From the sequence record PZ564402.1: a DNA stretch of 59,352 nt. One strand, 5' to 3'. The DNA is from a phage. A program made the translations under genes and the position numbers. The notes beneath the pieces were generated by a model. It was not told the origin of the DNA and ran no database searches. It was given only the letters and a program-made list of their open reading frames with translations. Of the stretch, positions 1 through 8,210 are shown piece after piece (the first letter of the stretch is position 1; each line of letters starts with the position of its first letter).

Positions 1-29
1 TAACCACTCAACCAAATAAGGGGATCACC

Positions 30-578
30 ATGAAACTGAATATCACCGCGCCGGGCCTGTTCTTTAATCGTAGCGGCGACCGCGTCACCGTGGATCAAAT
101 CGTTTTAGAAAATAGCGCCGGGGCCGTCGTGTCATTCCCGGTTAAGGGCCGGATCTGGAAAATGTACCGGGGCGCATATCGTCCGCGTGAGTTTAAGATC
201 TGGACGGCGTCGGGCAAGTTTTACGCGGGCGAACAATCCCGATCGCCGTGGGATATTGTCGGCGAAGTTGTCGCGGACGATGTGCGCCCGGTCTACTGGC
301 AAGATCTGACCGATGACCAGAAAGCGCAAGCCGCCGACAAATATCACAATGGTGAAGGCACGCCGGGCGATTATTTCACCTATACGCCGGATCAATTCAT
401 CGTGATTAATGGTGACGTGTACGATCTGGACGCCGACGCGTCAGTCTATGAGGTCGAAGGGTTAAAAGGTCATGTGCGCATACTGGAAAGCACGAAGGCG
501 GACGGGGGCGCGTTGGCGGTGCAATGCGTCGAAGGTTGGGACGTGGTAAGCGTTTACCGGGTACAGGTGACATCATGA
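30..578 (+). CDS. hypothetical early protein (182 aa)
   Basis: ORF with ATG preceded by AAGGGGA RBS; part of rightward early operon; no recognisable motif. Confidence 0.55.
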   Translation: MKLNITAPGLFFNRSGDRVTVDQIVLENSAGAVVSFPVKGRIWKMYRGAYRPREFKIWTASGKFYAGEQSRSPWDIVGEVVADDVRPVYWQDLTDDQKAQAADKYHNGEGTPGDYFTYTPDQFIVINGDVYDLDADASVYEVEGLKGHVRILESTKADGGALAVQCVEGWDVVSVYRVQVTS

Positions 579-796
579 ATAAAACCGGATTTTCGGGGAA
601 CGCCGCAAGGGCCGCTATAAAATTCACCGCGTGCGGCGCGATCGTGGCGTTTATCGGGGCCGCCGTGTTTTTTGGTGACAACGTCGGGCCGTATAAAGTG
701 TTTTTGTATACCGTCGCTGGGGGCGTATGCGTGCGCCTGATTTGGCCGACTCAGGACGAAGGCGACGCGCTTATAAAACGGGATGACGGGCCGTAA
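575..796 (+). CDS. small hydrophobic/membrane protein (73 aa; start chosen at internal ATG MNKTGF)
   Basis: ATGA overlap with upstream ORF stop; hydrophobic core AIVAFIGAAVFF. Confidence 0.4.
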   Translation: MNKTGFSGNAARAAIKFTACGAIVAFIGAAVFFGDNVGPYKVFLYTVAGGVCVRLIWPTQDEGDALIKRDDGP

Positions 797-830
797 AGGT
801 GACGCGGCCGACGATTAAAGATAAAAGTTA

Positions 831-859
831 TTGACGCACGCCGCGTATATCATTTATAT
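831..859 (+). promoter_or_regulatory. sigma70-like promoter (-35 TTGACG, 17-nt spacer, -10 TTATAT) followed by UUCG-type leader hairpin
   Basis: Near-identical 47-bp copy at 57406-57452; A/T-rich upstream tract; lies in intergenic gap before 922. Confidence 0.6.
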
Positions 860-921
860 TTAAATTCCCTTCGGGGGCCGGGGGCAATGGGGCCGACGGT
901 TATCAAAACAGGTACATTAAA

Positions 922-2076
922 ATGACTCACGATCAAATCGTTGCAATGGTTGGAAAATACAATATCAAGGCCGATCGCGCCGTGTCTTATAACTATGATG
1001 TTTACGGTTCGACGCAAGTCGAGATCCGCGAGGTTGACGGCGGGTTATTAATCTGGCGTGCGTGGTCTTATGAATCCAACTTCGAAAACGTGTTAGAAAG
1101 CGCGCTCGATCATTCCGGCACACTGAAAACCGCCGAAGAAATTGCAGAACAGGAAGCCGCCGCACGCGCTCAAAAGCTCCGCAATGATGCGATTTTCTTT
1201 GAGGTTCACGGATTCGAAGATGATTTCATTTTGAACCTGTCCGACTTTACCCGCGCTGAAATCGAAGCGGAGATCATCGCGATGAATGCAGAATTAAACG
1301 CGGCAAGCGCCGACGCCGACGCGGTTGATCACGTTTTACGCTCAACCAATCCGGCTGGGGAATACGTTTATTTAAAGCGCGGTTACTGGATGTTAGATCT
1401 TGATGACGCGGAGATCCTGAACGCGCGCCCGGATATTCACATGGTTAGTCTTTACGACACGCCGATCGAATATGTGCCGTTTGAACAGGCCCGCAAAGAT
1501 GACCCGGAAAGCGATTTCATCAAACAACTTAAAGCGGGATATGTGACCGCCCCGACCGACTACGTCGATCGCGCGTGCGCCGCCGTTGAGCGTGGAAACG
1601 TTAACGCATCGGGGATCGTGCTGCATACCTTGCGCGACAAAATCGACGGCGAACATTTCGAAATCACGACACGTATTAGCCCGGCTGAATATCAGCTTTA
1701 TCGTGTGCGCGTTGTCGTGTCCTGCTGCATTGATGGCGCGTTTCATAGCGTCATTGAACTGGATCGCGATGTGAGCACGGTTGAGCACGTCCGCGACGTG
1801 GTGCGCGTCGGCTGCATGAAACAATATATCAAGCAAGCCCGCGCGACGTATGCCGCGACCGGGGCCGCCACGCTCAACAATGACAAGACGGCGACACGTA
1901 TCAAGATTAAAACCGTTGCGGGAATGACGTTGATCGCTAAAACCGAAGATGTGATTTTTTCAGATAGCGGCCTGTTTTGCTCCGCGTGGTTAATGCGTCT
2001 TGATTTGCTGGAAAACAAGACATATGCGCAAGCCGTCATGACGTCGCAGATCAAAACAATCGAATTCATCAAATAA
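922..2076 (+). CDS. hypothetical early protein (384 aa)
   Basis: Long ORF downstream of promoter 831-859; no recognisable motif. Confidence 0.6.
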   Translation: MTHDQIVAMVGKYNIKADRAVSYNYDVYGSTQVEIREVDGGLLIWRAWSYESNFENVLESALDHSGTLKTAEEIAEQEAAARAQKLRNDAIFFEVHGFEDDFILNLSDFTRAEIEAEIIAMNAELNAASADADAVDHVLRSTNPAGEYVYLKRGYWMLDLDDAEILNARPDIHMVSLYDTPIEYVPFEQARKDDPESDFIKQLKAGYVTAPTDYVDRACAAVERGNVNASGIVLHTLRDKIDGEHFEITTRISPAEYQLYRVRVVVSCCIDGAFHSVIELDRDVSTVEHVRDVVRVGCMKQYIKQARATYAATGAATLNNDKTATRIKIKTVAGMTLIAKTEDVIFSDSGLFCSAWLMRLDLLENKTYAQAVMTSQIKTIEFIK

Positions 2077-2128
2077 GGATCATCACAATGGATATTATCG
2101 TCATTAAACTGGATCGGGGGTGGTAATT

Positions 2129-2335
2129 ATGGCGGGTTTATGGTTTTTCGTTGTGACGATATGCGGCGCGGTTGGCGCTGATAATATGGCGGCGGATTGT
2201 CATGATTATGTTATTGACGCGGGGATCTCGTTTGACGATTGCCGCGCGTCAGTGGCGGCTTATCCGGGCCGCATTGGCCTGTATTCCGCGCGTTGTGACC
2301 GGGGCGAAGTGGTAGAAGGCGGCAAACATGAATAA
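2129..2335 (+). CDS. small Cys-containing hydrophobic protein (start at ATG 2129 rather than GTG 2120)
   Basis: GGGGGTGG RBS 5 nt upstream of ATG; hydrophobic N-terminus GLWFFVVTICGAVGA. Confidence 0.45.
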   Translation: MAGLWFFVVTICGAVGADNMAADCHDYVIDAGISFDDCRASVAAYPGRIGLYSARCDRGEVVEGGKHE

Positions 2336-2579
2336 AGGCCAATACCGCGCCGCACGTCGCCTTATACGTGATAACGGGATCTATGCGTTGCGATGGATGG
2401 ACGATGACACCGCGCCGATCATGGACGTGTTAGCAAGCCAGCCGGATGACCAGTTAGAGACAAGGGCGGCGATCGTGGCGTACAGCGCCCGCGCCGGGCT
2501 TCCCTGCAATGTGCGTAAAACGGCGTCACTCGACCTTTTAGCGCGGTACAATGACCGCAAGGCGGCCCACAATGGATAA
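2328..2579 (+). CDS. hypothetical protein (83 aa)
   Basis: ORF with start overlapping upstream stop (translational coupling). Confidence 0.45.
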   Translation: MNKGQYRAARRLIRDNGIYALRWMDDDTAPIMDVLASQPDDQLETRAAIVAYSARAGLPCNVRKTASLDLLARYNDRKAAHNG

Positions 2580-2823
2580 GGCGCAACGCTTAACGGCTGC
2601 ACGTATGGCGGCGGATCGGTATGCCGGGATCGCACGGGCAAAAGGTTTTAAACGTCATGCGGATGGCGTGACTTTTATCCGGGCAGATGCGGATCTAACG
2701 TGGGATGACCGGGCGCGCGCTTTCCGTGTGACGCTGTACAAAATGGACGGGGCCGCACGTCTTGCCGTTGCCACTGTACGCGCGAATGCGATGCTTAACG
2801 TGCTGTTAAAATCGTTTATCTGA
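2572..2823 (+). CDS. hypothetical protein (start at internal ATG MDKAQRL)
   Basis: 8-nt overlap with upstream gene; last gene before terminator. Confidence 0.45.
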   Translation: MDKAQRLTAARMAADRYAGIARAKGFKRHADGVTFIRADADLTWDDRARAFRVTLYKMDGAARLAVATVRANAMLNVLLKSFI

Positions 2824-2892
2824 ATCCCGGATTTTCGGGGAACGCCGCACGATCCCTTTTAACCTGTTTTGACATATTCCCCATGTATCAAA

Positions 2893-2919
2893 GGCCGCCT
2901 ATCCGGGCGGCTTTTTTAT
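2893..2919 (+). terminator. rho-independent terminator (GCCGCC stem / GGCGGC, T6 tract)
   Basis: GC stem-loop followed by TTTTTTATT directly after last gene of rightward early operon. Confidence 0.65.
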
Positions 2920-2927
2920 TGCCTTTC

Positions 2928-3126
2928 TGATATACGCGGCGTGCGTTGCGGTGCCGTGTAGCGGGCCTATGGTGTGCCGTGTGCGATGATATACGCGGCG
3001 TGCGTATGGCGGCCCGTCCTGCTTTCTTCCTTCCTGATATACACGACGTGCATCAATGCGGCCTTATGTGTGCGCTATGCCGTATGGCGGCCCGCTATGG
3101 TGCTGCATGATATACGCGGCGTGCGT
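2928..3126. repeat. four direct repeats of 19-bp TGATATACGCGGCGTGCGT (one degenerate) with nested TATGGCGGCCCG sub-repeats
   Basis: Copies at 2928, 2987, 3035 (degenerate), 3108; noncoding; about 240 bp from candidate cos. Confidence 0.7.
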
Positions 3127-3363
3127 TGGTGTGCGGCTGTATATGGCTATCTATTCCCCTTTCTATGGTATCCCCTGCTATATGGTGTGACGGGGCGTTA
3201 TTGTATGCCCTTATTTCGACCGCTACGGGGGGCAGACGGGGCGATCGTGGTGTAAGGTATGCCTACCTATTACGATCTATCTTGCGTGGCGTGGCGGGCG
3301 GCTGAGGAAGAATTACGGTCACGATTTCAAAAAGGTACTTACCCGCCCGTCGGTCAGCCCGGG

Positions 3364-3375
3364 GGTGCGCAGAGC
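3364..3375 (+). other. candidate cohesive-end site (cos) 12-mer GGTGCGCAGAGC
   Basis: Exact match to the 12-nt 5' cohesive end I recall being reported for Salmonella phage Chi; lies in a noncoding interval beside direct repeats. Confidence 0.45.
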
Positions 3376-3605
3376 CGCTTTCTCGGAAAATGGGCCGGAT
3401 CTGCCATAGCCCCGCTTTGCGAAATCAATAACTTAGCCGAAAAATCGAATTTCTCCCGTAGGGAGGCACCGAAACAGGGTGCTGCCCGGGGTGCGGGCGG
3501 AACGGCGCTTTAGCCCCTCAACCGATTGATAGTATTACGGTTATACCCGGTGGGCTGGTGCTGACCAAGTCCACGGCAGCAGGCATCAGACACAAGATAC
3601 AACTC

Positions 3606-3868
3606 GGTTACAGGAAATTCGACTTGTAACCTATCCGTAAATCCTTAATTCTACTACCTTTTATCAACTATTAGTTACAAGTTACAAGAAATAAGGGTAA
3701 ATAGGATAAGAAATAGGGATAAAACGTTGTATATTGTAGATCACATCGTCACACATTATATGTATGTATAGGGTTAGCGGCACTTGTAACCTGTACTCAA
3801 AACATGGTCAAGGCCAGTCGTGACGCGGCTTTCAGGGGTTACAAGACGATCATGCGTTTTTGTAACCT
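3606..3868. promoter_or_regulatory. AT-rich control region with multiple GGTTACAA/TTGTAACC inverted and tandem repeats (operator-like)
   Basis: Inverted pairs 3606-3631 and 3838-3868, tandem GTTACAAGTTACAAG at 3673-3690, further copy at 3784-3791; upstream of HTH gene 3925. Confidence 0.5.
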
Positions 3869-3924
3869 CAACGGTTAACAGCACGTCGAACATACGCGAC
3901 GTGTATCAAACGGGGAAACTAAAA

Positions 3925-4251
3925 ATGGCTAGTGCAGTTGAAAAGTTAAAATGCGGAACGTCAGTGGAACGGGCGTTGAACAAAAGAGCGGCTGATAAAG
4001 TGTGCGACGGGGTTAAAAAGCGTCTCAGAAATGCAATAGTCGCGGAAATCGACGACAAGGGGTACACCAATTCCGAAGTTTGCAGCATGACTTGCGTACC
4101 AAGCAGCCGGGTAAGGGAGTTGAAGGAAAAACAAGGAGACGGATTCCAGCTAGAAACGCTTTTACGCATGGCAATTACGCTTAAATTGGACATTGAAATG
4201 GTCACATTCTGGAATCACGACGTGATCAAAGCGCGCGTAAAAATATCGTGA
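3925..4251 (+). CDS. XRE/Cro-like helix-turn-helix transcriptional regulator (109 aa)
   Basis: HTH-like segment GYTNSEVCSMTCVPSSRVRELKEKQ; GGGGAA RBS; start placed at internal ATG because upstream part of ORF overlaps operator repeats. Confidence 0.55.
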   Translation: MASAVEKLKCGTSVERALNKRAADKVCDGVKKRLRNAIVAEIDDKGYTNSEVCSMTCVPSSRVRELKEKQGDGFQLETLLRMAITLKLDIEMVTFWNHDVIKARVKIS

Positions 4252-4264
4252 TTTCTACTAAAAA

Positions 4265-4293
4265 GTAAGGCCGGATTTCCCGGCCTTTTTTAT
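4265..4293. terminator. bidirectional rho-independent terminator (GGCCGG-ATTTCC-CGGCC flanked by A5 and T6)
   Basis: Perfect hairpin between convergent genes 3925-4251 (+) and 4299-6881 (-). Confidence 0.7.
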
Positions 4294-4298
4294 GTCTG

Positions 4299-6881
4299 TT
4301 AAACTTCGTCATCCCACTCGCCCGGTACAACTTTACCGACGATTTTTTCCACCTCCGCGTTATGCTTTTTCAATGTTTTCTGCGCCCATTCGGAGTTAAG
4401 TTTTCCAGACTCGTCGTACGCACCTTTGACACGCTTTCTGACGTACACGCGACCGGACTTCCCGCCGAATTTCAGTACGCCGCCCGGCTTAAATCCGATC
4501 TCCATAAGCATGTTTTTGAGGCGAGACGTTTTCGGCATTTCCACATCTTCGGTTTCAAGGAAGGCGTCTCGCAACGATGGTACGAAGATGATGTCGCGGT
4601 GGACGCCCGGCGTTGTCCCGTCACGCAGCATTGATACTACCGCACCTTCTACCCCATCGTTTGACGCGTCGGCCATGATGGAAAACGCTTCGGTGTCCTG
4701 CGGTGCATGGCCTTTGTGGTCAAAGTCCTCGCTGATCTCCCATTCGAGGAACCATTTCTTCAATGCAGGGACGTGGTTGTCGATCGCCCGGTACACGTTC
4801 TTGAAGAAGCGCGAGCGTTCCGCCTTCGACCCGTATACCCGCTCCATGTCCAGATGATTTTCGGCCTGCGTGGACACTACCAGATAACGACGCTGGTTTT
4901 CATCGAGTGGCAACGCGTTAAAGTGGTTAGTGAACATCATTTTACTACTGGTGTTCACGACAACCTTTGGCTTGCGGCCTTTCGGTTCCACCTGAAAACG
5001 GTCATTGGTGATATACTCTTTCTGCCGCTCGATGGCGCTGTAGCGGTCGCCCTTGTCGTACACCTCTTCCACGATTTTCAGGATGTCGCCTTCCGCCCAA
5101 TCACTGAAACGGCCGTTCATCACGGAGTTTGAAACGTAGCCCACGTTTTTGCGTCCTAACATGGCTGACATGAGCACGCCTAACGTCGATTTACCGGAAC
5201 CGTGCGCGCCGCGAATCAGTAACGAGTAGTTGATGCGCTTCGTCGGGTGCTGGATAATCCACGCCATCCAGTCCATAACGTATCGGCGTTCCTTGTCATT
5301 CGGGAAAAGCACGACAAAGAAGTCCTTGATGATCTCCACGGCCTTTTTATCGTACGGCGAAAGCTCGTCGGCAGGCTCCGGAATGGAATCCGGGTCGAAA
5401 GAGTTGAGCCACGTCTTCCCGGACTCGTCTATAAAGAATTCCGGGCCATTTACCCCCGGCTTCGGCTTCCACAAGGTTTCTTCCATATCACCGTGCATCG
5501 CCGGGTAGTACATGGCGTCACAAACGATAGGGATCGGCCTGACCAGCGATGCAAAAGTGATAGGTTTAATCGTTTCTTCCTCGAATTTGCACATATTTGC
5601 GTACGCGAAGTCGAAAGCGCCCTTAGAAATGTAAGAACCGGACGATTTATCGATCAAACAGTCATTTTCTTCCGAAAAAACGAATTTTTTCAGCCAAATC
5701 GGCATTTCTTTTGAGCCATAATCGAAGCCTAATTGCTCCTTTTTATCGTTCGCAGTCATCCGGTAGTTCTTGATCCGCAGGTACGCTTCGGCCGCAACTT
5801 GGACGATCGTCTTACGGGTCATGCCGAAAATCTGCTCTTTGCGGAAGGATTCGGCCCATGCGTTCCAGTCTTTCTCGTCAGTACACTCGGCAAACGCCTC
5901 GCGGTACTCGATGGCCTTCTCTTCCTGCTCGGCTTTCTCGATTTCACGAACTTCGGTGATGATCGAGCCTAAAGTTACGAGGCGGGATGCGTTGTGCGCG
6001 AAGCCCTTATCCCACTTGTATTCGAAATCACCATCGTCGAAGTTGTGCGCCTGCATGGCCCACTCGCGGGCAATGGATTTCGCTTCGTCCTGATCCCGGC
6101 AGGAGATTTGCAGCGCGGCCAGCACCTTGATGTAGTTCTCGTAATCCTCCGGATTCGGGTACTTCATGACAAGATCGCGAAGGTCTTCGTACGTGCCGTC
6201 CCATTTCCGGATACCCGCCGTTGCCGCCCAATCCTCTTCGTCCGCCGTTCCGATGGCTTCGTACCCGTTCATCGGGCGCTTGACCATCGTCCAGCCCTGC
6301 TCTTTGGCGTAACGGTCAAACTCCGCCGCGATTTCACGCGCGGTATCGAGGCTGATCTCTTCGAGGTCGAAATCGGCTGCGTTGTTCAGCGGATTCTCGT
6401 CGTCGAGCCAGTAATAATCGCGGTTGGTGTCCGGGTGGATACCGTACGCGACGAACTGCTGGCCGTCGGCGAGGATTTCAACCGCATGGCGCTGGCCGAA
6501 GTCGTCTTCCCATACGCCGGACTTCACTTTCGAGAATGGCGATTCCGTCCGGAACAGAAAGAGTTTCTTTGGTGCCCGTCCGATACGACATGGCGCGCGG
6601 CCAACATTCTCCAGCACCCAATCCGCCATATGCGCCACGGCGTCTTCATCGTAAACGTCGATGTCAACCGCCGGGGTGTATTTGGTCAGAATCCCGATGC
6701 CGTTTTTCGTGTAGCGTTCCGCCCAACGCTGGATCTGCTCCTTATCGTTAATTGTTCTTTCCCAATCCTTACCGATGGGGCGTTTACCCGCGCCCTTCTT
6801 ATCGGCGTCCGGGGCGTAGATAGGTACAACGGTGTACCCATTCCCCCAAAGCGTTTCGCCGTACTCTTGCCAGTAATTCAT
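4299..6881 (-). CDS. bifunctional primase-polymerase / SF3 (D5-like) helicase, 860 aa
   Basis: N-terminal prim-pol motifs (VDIDVYDED, YGIHPD), Walker A GAHGSGKST in C-terminal half; acidic C-terminus WDDEV. Confidence 0.8.
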   Translation of the reverse strand: MNYWQEYGETLWGNGYTVVPIYAPDADKKGAGKRPIGKDWERTINDKEQIQRWAERYTKNGIGILTKYTPAVDIDVYDEDAVAHMADWVLENVGRAPCRIGRAPKKLFLFRTESPFSKVKSGVWEDDFGQRHAVEILADGQQFVAYGIHPDTNRDYYWLDDENPLNNAADFDLEEISLDTAREIAAEFDRYAKEQGWTMVKRPMNGYEAIGTADEEDWAATAGIRKWDGTYEDLRDLVMKYPNPEDYENYIKVLAALQISCRDQDEAKSIAREWAMQAHNFDDGDFEYKWDKGFAHNASRLVTLGSIITEVREIEKAEQEEKAIEYREAFAECTDEKDWNAWAESFRKEQIFGMTRKTIVQVAAEAYLRIKNYRMTANDKKEQLGFDYGSKEMPIWLKKFVFSEENDCLIDKSSGSYISKGAFDFAYANMCKFEEETIKPITFASLVRPIPIVCDAMYYPAMHGDMEETLWKPKPGVNGPEFFIDESGKTWLNSFDPDSIPEPADELSPYDKKAVEIIKDFFVVLFPNDKERRYVMDWMAWIIQHPTKRINYSLLIRGAHGSGKSTLGVLMSAMLGRKNVGYVSNSVMNGRFSDWAEGDILKIVEEVYDKGDRYSAIERQKEYITNDRFQVEPKGRKPKVVVNTSSKMMFTNHFNALPLDENQRRYLVVSTQAENHLDMERVYGSKAERSRFFKNVYRAIDNHVPALKKWFLEWEISEDFDHKGHAPQDTEAFSIMADASNDGVEGAVVSMLRDGTTPGVHRDIIFVPSLRDAFLETEDVEMPKTSRLKNMLMEIGFKPGGVLKFGGKSGRVYVRKRVKGAYDESGKLNSEWAQKTLKKHNAEVEKIVGKVVPGEWDDEV

Positions 6882-7237
6882 TCAAGGATTTCCCCTGTTT
6901 CGCTGTCAGTTTTGATCCAAGAAGGGTTAGTCAGCCAGTGGGGGCGGATTCCGGTAAGCGGTACCGCGCTGCAAACTTTTTCGGCCACTGCGCTCGATAC
7001 GTTATTTTGAGTCGCCCATAAAAGGGTCGAGTAGCTTACTTTCGCGGCCTTCGCTAAGTCCGCCATTCTGGCATTCGGATCGATCTCTAATGCCGCTTGT
7101 GTCATTAGAAATTTGACCTTCATCCGGTCGTCGTTTAAAGCCCATTTCGGAAATCGCATAGCCCAAGCCCTCGCATGTGTGCGTGTTATAGATTTGCGGA
7201 TAGTATATCCGGCCCGTAAATCTGTCAAGCTGGCCAT
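6878..7237 (-). CDS. putative HTH DNA-binding protein (119 aa)
   Basis: ATGA-coupled upstream of primase; HTH-like LAKAAKVSYSTLLWATQNN. Confidence 0.45.
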   Translation of the reverse strand: MASLTDLRAGYTIRKSITRTHARAWAMRFPKWALNDDRMKVKFLMTQAALEIDPNARMADLAKAAKVSYSTLLWATQNNVSSAVAEKVCSAVPLTGIRPHWLTNPSWIKTDSETGEILE

Positions 7238-7316
7238 TTAGTCTGGTACCGCAACCATCTTACGTCCGGAATACAAGGCTTTGAGGTACCCAATCAAAAA
7301 ATTTCGAAAAAAGTGT

Positions 7317-7346
7317 TTGACAGTTATTCGGCGTTTGGGCCATACT
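7317..7346 (+). promoter_or_regulatory. putative sigma70 promoter (-35 TTGACA, 18-nt spacer, -10 CATACT) with upstream A-tracts
   Basis: Consensus -35 in divergent intergenic region upstream of 7399. Confidence 0.4.
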
Positions 7347-7398
7347 TCATCCCGTCAACACGACACGACCTTTTAAACACTTAACGGAGTAGAAAATT

Positions 7399-7818
7399 AT
7401 GTCTGGTATCTTCGAACAACTGCTGGCTGAACAACAAAAAACTAACACCCTGCTGGAAGGCGTTCTGGCAGCATTGAAAGGCGGCGCGGTGAATACCTCC
7501 GCTGACGCTGGTAGCGAAACCACCGAAAAAACCACCACCACCACCAAAGGCGGTGCTAAGGGCGGCGCGAAAGGCGGTGCAGGTAAAACCGAAACTAAAG
7601 CGGCCAAGCCTAAGCACACCAAAGACGAAGTAGTCGCTGCTGTCGTCGCGGTTAAAGACGCGTTCGGCGCGCCGGAAGCCAAGAAAATCACCGCTCACTT
7701 CGGCCTCGCGAGAGTCGCGGAAGCGAAGGAAGAACACTTCGACGAAATCGTTGAAATGTGTGAAGCCAAACTGGCTGAAAAAGATGAAGGCGGTAACGGC
7801 GAAGAAGACGACGTTTAA
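7399..7818 (+). CDS. low-complexity Lys/Gly/Thr-rich protein with acidic C-terminus (139 aa)
   Basis: GGAG RBS; KGGAKGGAKGGAGK repeats; ends EEDDV; followed by hairpin terminator. Confidence 0.6.
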   Translation: MSGIFEQLLAEQQKTNTLLEGVLAALKGGAVNTSADAGSETTEKTTTTTKGGAKGGAKGGAGKTETKAAKPKHTKDEVVAAVVAVKDAFGAPEAKKITAHFGLARVAEAKEEHFDEIVEMCEAKLAEKDEGGNGEEDDV

Positions 7819-7833
7819 TCTTTCGCCCCGCAT

Positions 7834-7858
7834 CGGCTCCCTTCGGGGGGCCGTTTTT
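7834..7858 (+). terminator. putative intrinsic terminator/attenuator (CUUCGG hairpin + T5)
   Basis: GGCTCCCTTCGGGGGGCC followed by GTTTTT immediately after 7818 stop. Confidence 0.45.
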
Positions 7859-7880
7859 CACAACCAACGGAGAGGAAATT

Positions 7881-8210
7881 GTGACCAGCATTACTTTCAC
7901 CAACGTTTCTACTACAGGCGGCGCAGTTCTCGCGCGCACTTGGGCGGAGTTTCGTTTTCAAATCGGTGATCGCGATGTGCTGTTCAGAGTTACTTCCCCT
8001 GTTTCGAAACACGAAGCGCCGCTGCTCGTAACCCACGCATCATCCGGTCTTCGAGTATGCGACGTCTGGTGGGACGACGTGGCGAAGACTCGCTTTAACG
8101 CAGGCCGCAATAATTACAGCGGGGCAGGCGCTAGGGCATTAGTAGCGACGATTGAGCGAGTCGGCCAACACCGATTCCTCAACGCGATAAAGGCGTATCC
8201 GAATGAGTAG
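7881..8210 (+). CDS. hypothetical protein (GTG start, 109 aa)
   Basis: GGAGAGGA RBS 5 nt upstream of GTG. Confidence 0.5.
   Translation: MTSITFTNVSTTGGAVLARTWAEFRFQIGDRDVLFRVTSPVSKHEAPLLVTHASSGLRVCDVWWDDVAKTRFNAGRNNYSGAGARALVATIERVGQHRFLNAIKAYPNE

Noticed and set aside
2928-3126. Possible CRISPR array
   Set aside because: Only four copies, repeat only 19 bp, one copy degenerate and spacers irregular (29-54 bp); no cas genes; more consistent with protein-binding direct repeats.
2974-3513. ORFs 2974-3255 and 3259-3513 in the repeat/cos region
   Set aside because: They overlap the direct-repeat array and the candidate cos site, have no RBS and Cys/Trp-rich composition; the region is better explained as noncoding packaging/regulatory DNA.
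3520-3820. Possible tRNA gene in the noncoding AT-rich stretch
   Set aside because: No cloverleaf-compatible acceptor stem or T-loop (GTTCRANYC-like) found on visual inspection; would need tRNAscan-SE to exclude formally.
3820-3924. Upstream in-frame extension of the HTH gene (ATG at 3820)
   Set aside because: Would place the operator-like inverted repeats inside coding sequence and lacks an RBS; ATG 3925 has a GGGGAA RBS.
5994-7010. 338-aa plus-strand ORF (and several others at 4362-6751) antisense to the primase-helicase gene
   Set aside because: Lies entirely within a well-supported minus-strand gene with conserved primase and helicase motifs; no RBS; long antisense ORFs are expected in GC-rich DNA.
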